Notes under the pieces: model-generated
The model's database searches: none
What the model was told of the DNA's origin: nothing
The model's input: the letters and a program-made list of their open reading frames with translations, nothing else
Made by a program: the position numbers and the translations under genes
In this document: positions 30,020 to 31,590 of the stretch, one piece after another
Layout of the letters: each line of letters starts with the position of its first letter
Position numbering within the stretch: the stretch's first letter is position 1
IMG/VR virus record: IMGVR_UViG_3300019476_000022
DNA from: a virus
Length of the DNA: 31,590 nucleotides
Reading direction: 5' to 3' (one strand)

Positions 30020-30103
30020 CACGTTTTACCAAAAAAGTCAGAGATTTTTCGACATTTTTCATCACCCATGTTAAACCTGTGGAAAACTCACAATATTACG
30101 CAG

Positions 30104-30121
30104 TATAGTCCTACCACGACA
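30104..30121 (+). repeat. Left inverted repeat of the fibre-tip segment (TATAGTCCTACCACGACA)
   Basis: Perfect reverse complement of 30831-30848. Confidence 0.95.
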
Positions 30122-30482
30122 TCTCAACTCGCCATCTCTGTTAGCGTTCAGTGCTGACGGTGTCAGCCAGAGTATTTCAGGTAATATTTTGGTGCAGGCT
30201 GGCTGGGTGCAGTTCTGGGGTAATAACACAAAAAGACAGCCAGTGCCTGTTGTTTTTCCAAAGCAATTCAAGCAGGTTTTTTCAATGTCACCGACCTTAA
30301 TTGGCTACAAGACAGGCAGTAAAGCTACCAGCATTAGCGAATTTAATCAGGTGATCGGCAGTGGACTGAATATTGAGTCTGGCGTTGTTACGAACACCGG
30401 TACGACACTCAACGCTTCAACAACTGGCATATTTGGTGGGGCTTGGCATGGGATTTCATGGGTGGCAATTGGCGTTGCCTAA
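30122..30482 (+). CDS. Silent alternative fibre C-terminus (119 codons; no start or RBS of its own)
   Basis: The frame is open from 30075 with no ATG/GTG/TTG before the TTG at 30189. It encodes LNSPSLLAFSADGVSQSISGNILVQAGWVQFWGNN..VVFPKQF..ISWVAIGVA*, a recognisable fibre-tip signature (..QxG..V.FP..F....W.AIG). Confidence 0.7.
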
Positions 30483-31447
30483 GACTTCTTAATATACTGA
30501 ATTGTCACAAATGAAGTCTTATAACCGGATTGATCTGCGTACGTCTGGATATTGACGCTGCTATTATCAACGTAAACCGTTACTGTATAAGCTTGCTGGT
30601 CAGCAGCGTGTGGCAGGTTAATTGTTGCGCCAATACTGTCTTCTTTCGCAATGCCGCGAATATTGATGACCATGCCAAGATTTGTGATACCATGCGGCAC
30701 GGTTGTTTTGCCGGCGATCTTCAGGCCGCCCATCGCAAATGTCTTCTGGTAAATTGTGCGGCCGTCAATCCACTTCATGCCGGTGTCGACTTCTGACGTG
30801 CTGCGGTCGCCGCGGGCTGCTGGCGACAAGTGTCGTGGTAGGACTATATCATTGCCAAGTGCGTCAGAGCTAATCACGCCGTTTTTGAACATTTCAGCCC
30901 TGTTAATCCGTCCGTCAGCCAACGTGGCTGGATTACGCCTATCAGTGATGACAGAGTCGAGAATTGTCGTCGTGCCAGCGTTTACACGTATTTCGGCGAT
31001 TACTTCATATGGATTAGACGCACCAATTTTCGCCTTAATTTGTGATGGTGTAGGTGCACTTGGGTTGGTTGCTGGCGTGCCTGGAACGACAATGGCCTTT
31101 GTGCGATTCTCGTTGTTAGCGACGGCCTGCGATGCAGCCACGTTTGTGTCGATGTAGATCACCACCGCGTCAATTCGTGGATTGGCGCTATTTGCCGTGG
31201 TAACGCTCGCCTGAACAGGCTGCGTACTTAAATTGCTCACCGGGAATGTCGCCGACATAGCGTCACGCACCAGTAAGTCGTCAGGTATACCATTCTCGCC
31301 GCCGATCAGCACATTCATGCCGACAGGGCTGGACTGACGTACTCTAAAGCCGCTAATCCACGAGCCGACAAAAGCATTGCCGAGTGCGTGGAATAGTGCG
31401 CTATCAGTGGTGCGGCCACCGTTGCTATTAGGAAAGCCTAGTGCCAT
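30479..31447 (-). CDS. Receptor-binding tail fibre protein (constant aa 1-206 plus currently expressed tip aa 207-322)
   Basis: 322 aa. C-terminus GMKWIDGRTIYQKTF...HGITNLG...VTIQYIKKS resembles common fibre-tip domains. The ATG at 31447 follows the stop of the acidic-tail gene by 2 nt. Confidence 0.7.
   Translation of the reverse strand: MALGFPNSNGGRTTDSALFHALGNAFVGSWISGFRVRQSSPVGMNVLIGGENGIPDDLLVRDAMSATFPVSNLSTQPVQASVTTANSANPRIDAVVIYIDTNVAASQAVANNENRTKAIVVPGTPATNPSAPTPSQIKAKIGASNPYEVIAEIRVNAGTTTILDSVITDRRNPATLADGRINRAEMFKNGVISSDALGNDIVLPRHLSPAARGDRSTSEVDTGMKWIDGRTIYQKTFAMGGLKIAGKTTVPHGITNLGMVINIRGIAKEDSIGATINLPHAADQQAYTVTVYVDNSSVNIQTYADQSGYKTSFVTIQYIKKS
30831..30848 (-). repeat. Right inverted repeat of the fibre-tip segment, inside the fibre gene (codons D200-H206)
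   Basis: TGTCGTGGTAGGACTATA is the reverse complement of 30104-30121. Confidence 0.95.
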
Positions 31448-31449
31448 AA

Positions 31450-31590
31450 TTATTCTTCATCAGCGCTTTCAGCCTCAGTCTCGGTGGTGTCGGCCGCCTC
31501 GGACTCAGCTTCATCATTGGTATTTTCAACTTCTGGCTCGACAACCTCGTCGGCAGACTCCACTACTGGTGTCTCTGGCTCAGCAGGCTC
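31450..31590 (-). CDS. 3' end of the junction-spanning acidic-tail protein gene (continues from 1-257)
   Basis: Hand translation: ..DEAESEAADTTETEAESADEE*, with stop TAA at 31450-31452. Confidence 0.75.
   Translation of the reverse strand, partial: EPAEPETPVVESADEVVEPEVENTNDEAESEAADTTETEAESADEE
31496..31590. repeat. Terminal direct repeat, identical to 1-95
   Basis: See the feature at 1-95. Confidence 0.95.

Larger units (their letters stand above)
30104..30848. mobile_element. Candidate invertible DNA segment carrying two alternative fibre C-termini
   Basis: 18-bp perfect inverted repeats in identical codon phase. Convergent tip cassettes have overlapping stop codons. See findings. Confidence 0.7.

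Noticed and set aside
30479-31447. Diversity-generating retroelement targeting the fibre gene
   Set aside because: No reverse transcriptase ORF is present anywhere in the genome, and there is no template-repeat copy of the fibre 3' end. The variation mechanism visible here is inversion.

Overview
The window is a complete, circularly closed phage genome. Bases 1-95 equal 31496-31590, giving a unit length of 31,495 bp. It is a temperate, siphovirus-type phage with an HK97-like head module and a long tape-measure tail. The CHAP/CW_7/LysM endolysin suggests a Gram-positive-type host. Almost all genes are on the minus strand, in tightly coupled operons with ATGA, TGATG and TAATG overlaps. Reading down the minus strand, the order is: a regulatory hub with a XerC/D-like tyrosine recombinase (about 30100-26840); the RecT/YqaJ/SSB module and small early genes (26838-19898); TerS and TerL; a portal-MuF-Com fusion; a ClpP protease-major capsid fusion; connectors; tail tube; chaperones; tape measure; Dit; Tal; three paralogous genes; the lysis cassette; fibre-like genes; and, across the contig junction, an acidic-tail protein followed by a receptor-binding fibre gene. 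Main findings: (1) The 3' third of fibre gene 30479-31447 lies in a 745-bp segment bounded by perfect 18-bp inverted repeats that share one codon phase. A start-less alternative tip domain sits on the opposite strand. This is a Mu G-segment-like host-range inversion switch, yet the only recombinase in the genome is a tyrosine recombinase. (2) The control region is rich in RNA elements: three near-identical consensus promoters, terminator-promoter composites, and an attenuated structured leader or sRNA whose 5' end is complementary to the early-operon leader. I recognised no CI-type repressor. (3) A dnaX-type A_AAA_AAG -1 frameshift site joins a 29-codon ORF to a start-less pentapeptide-repeat ORF built on a 4 x 15-bp tandem repeat. 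(4) A plus-strand TM2-domain moron with its own extended -10 promoter sits inside the tail operon. (5) A TAATCYGTA motif occurs at five late-module boundaries. All functional calls come from reading the translations by eye; no database search was run.
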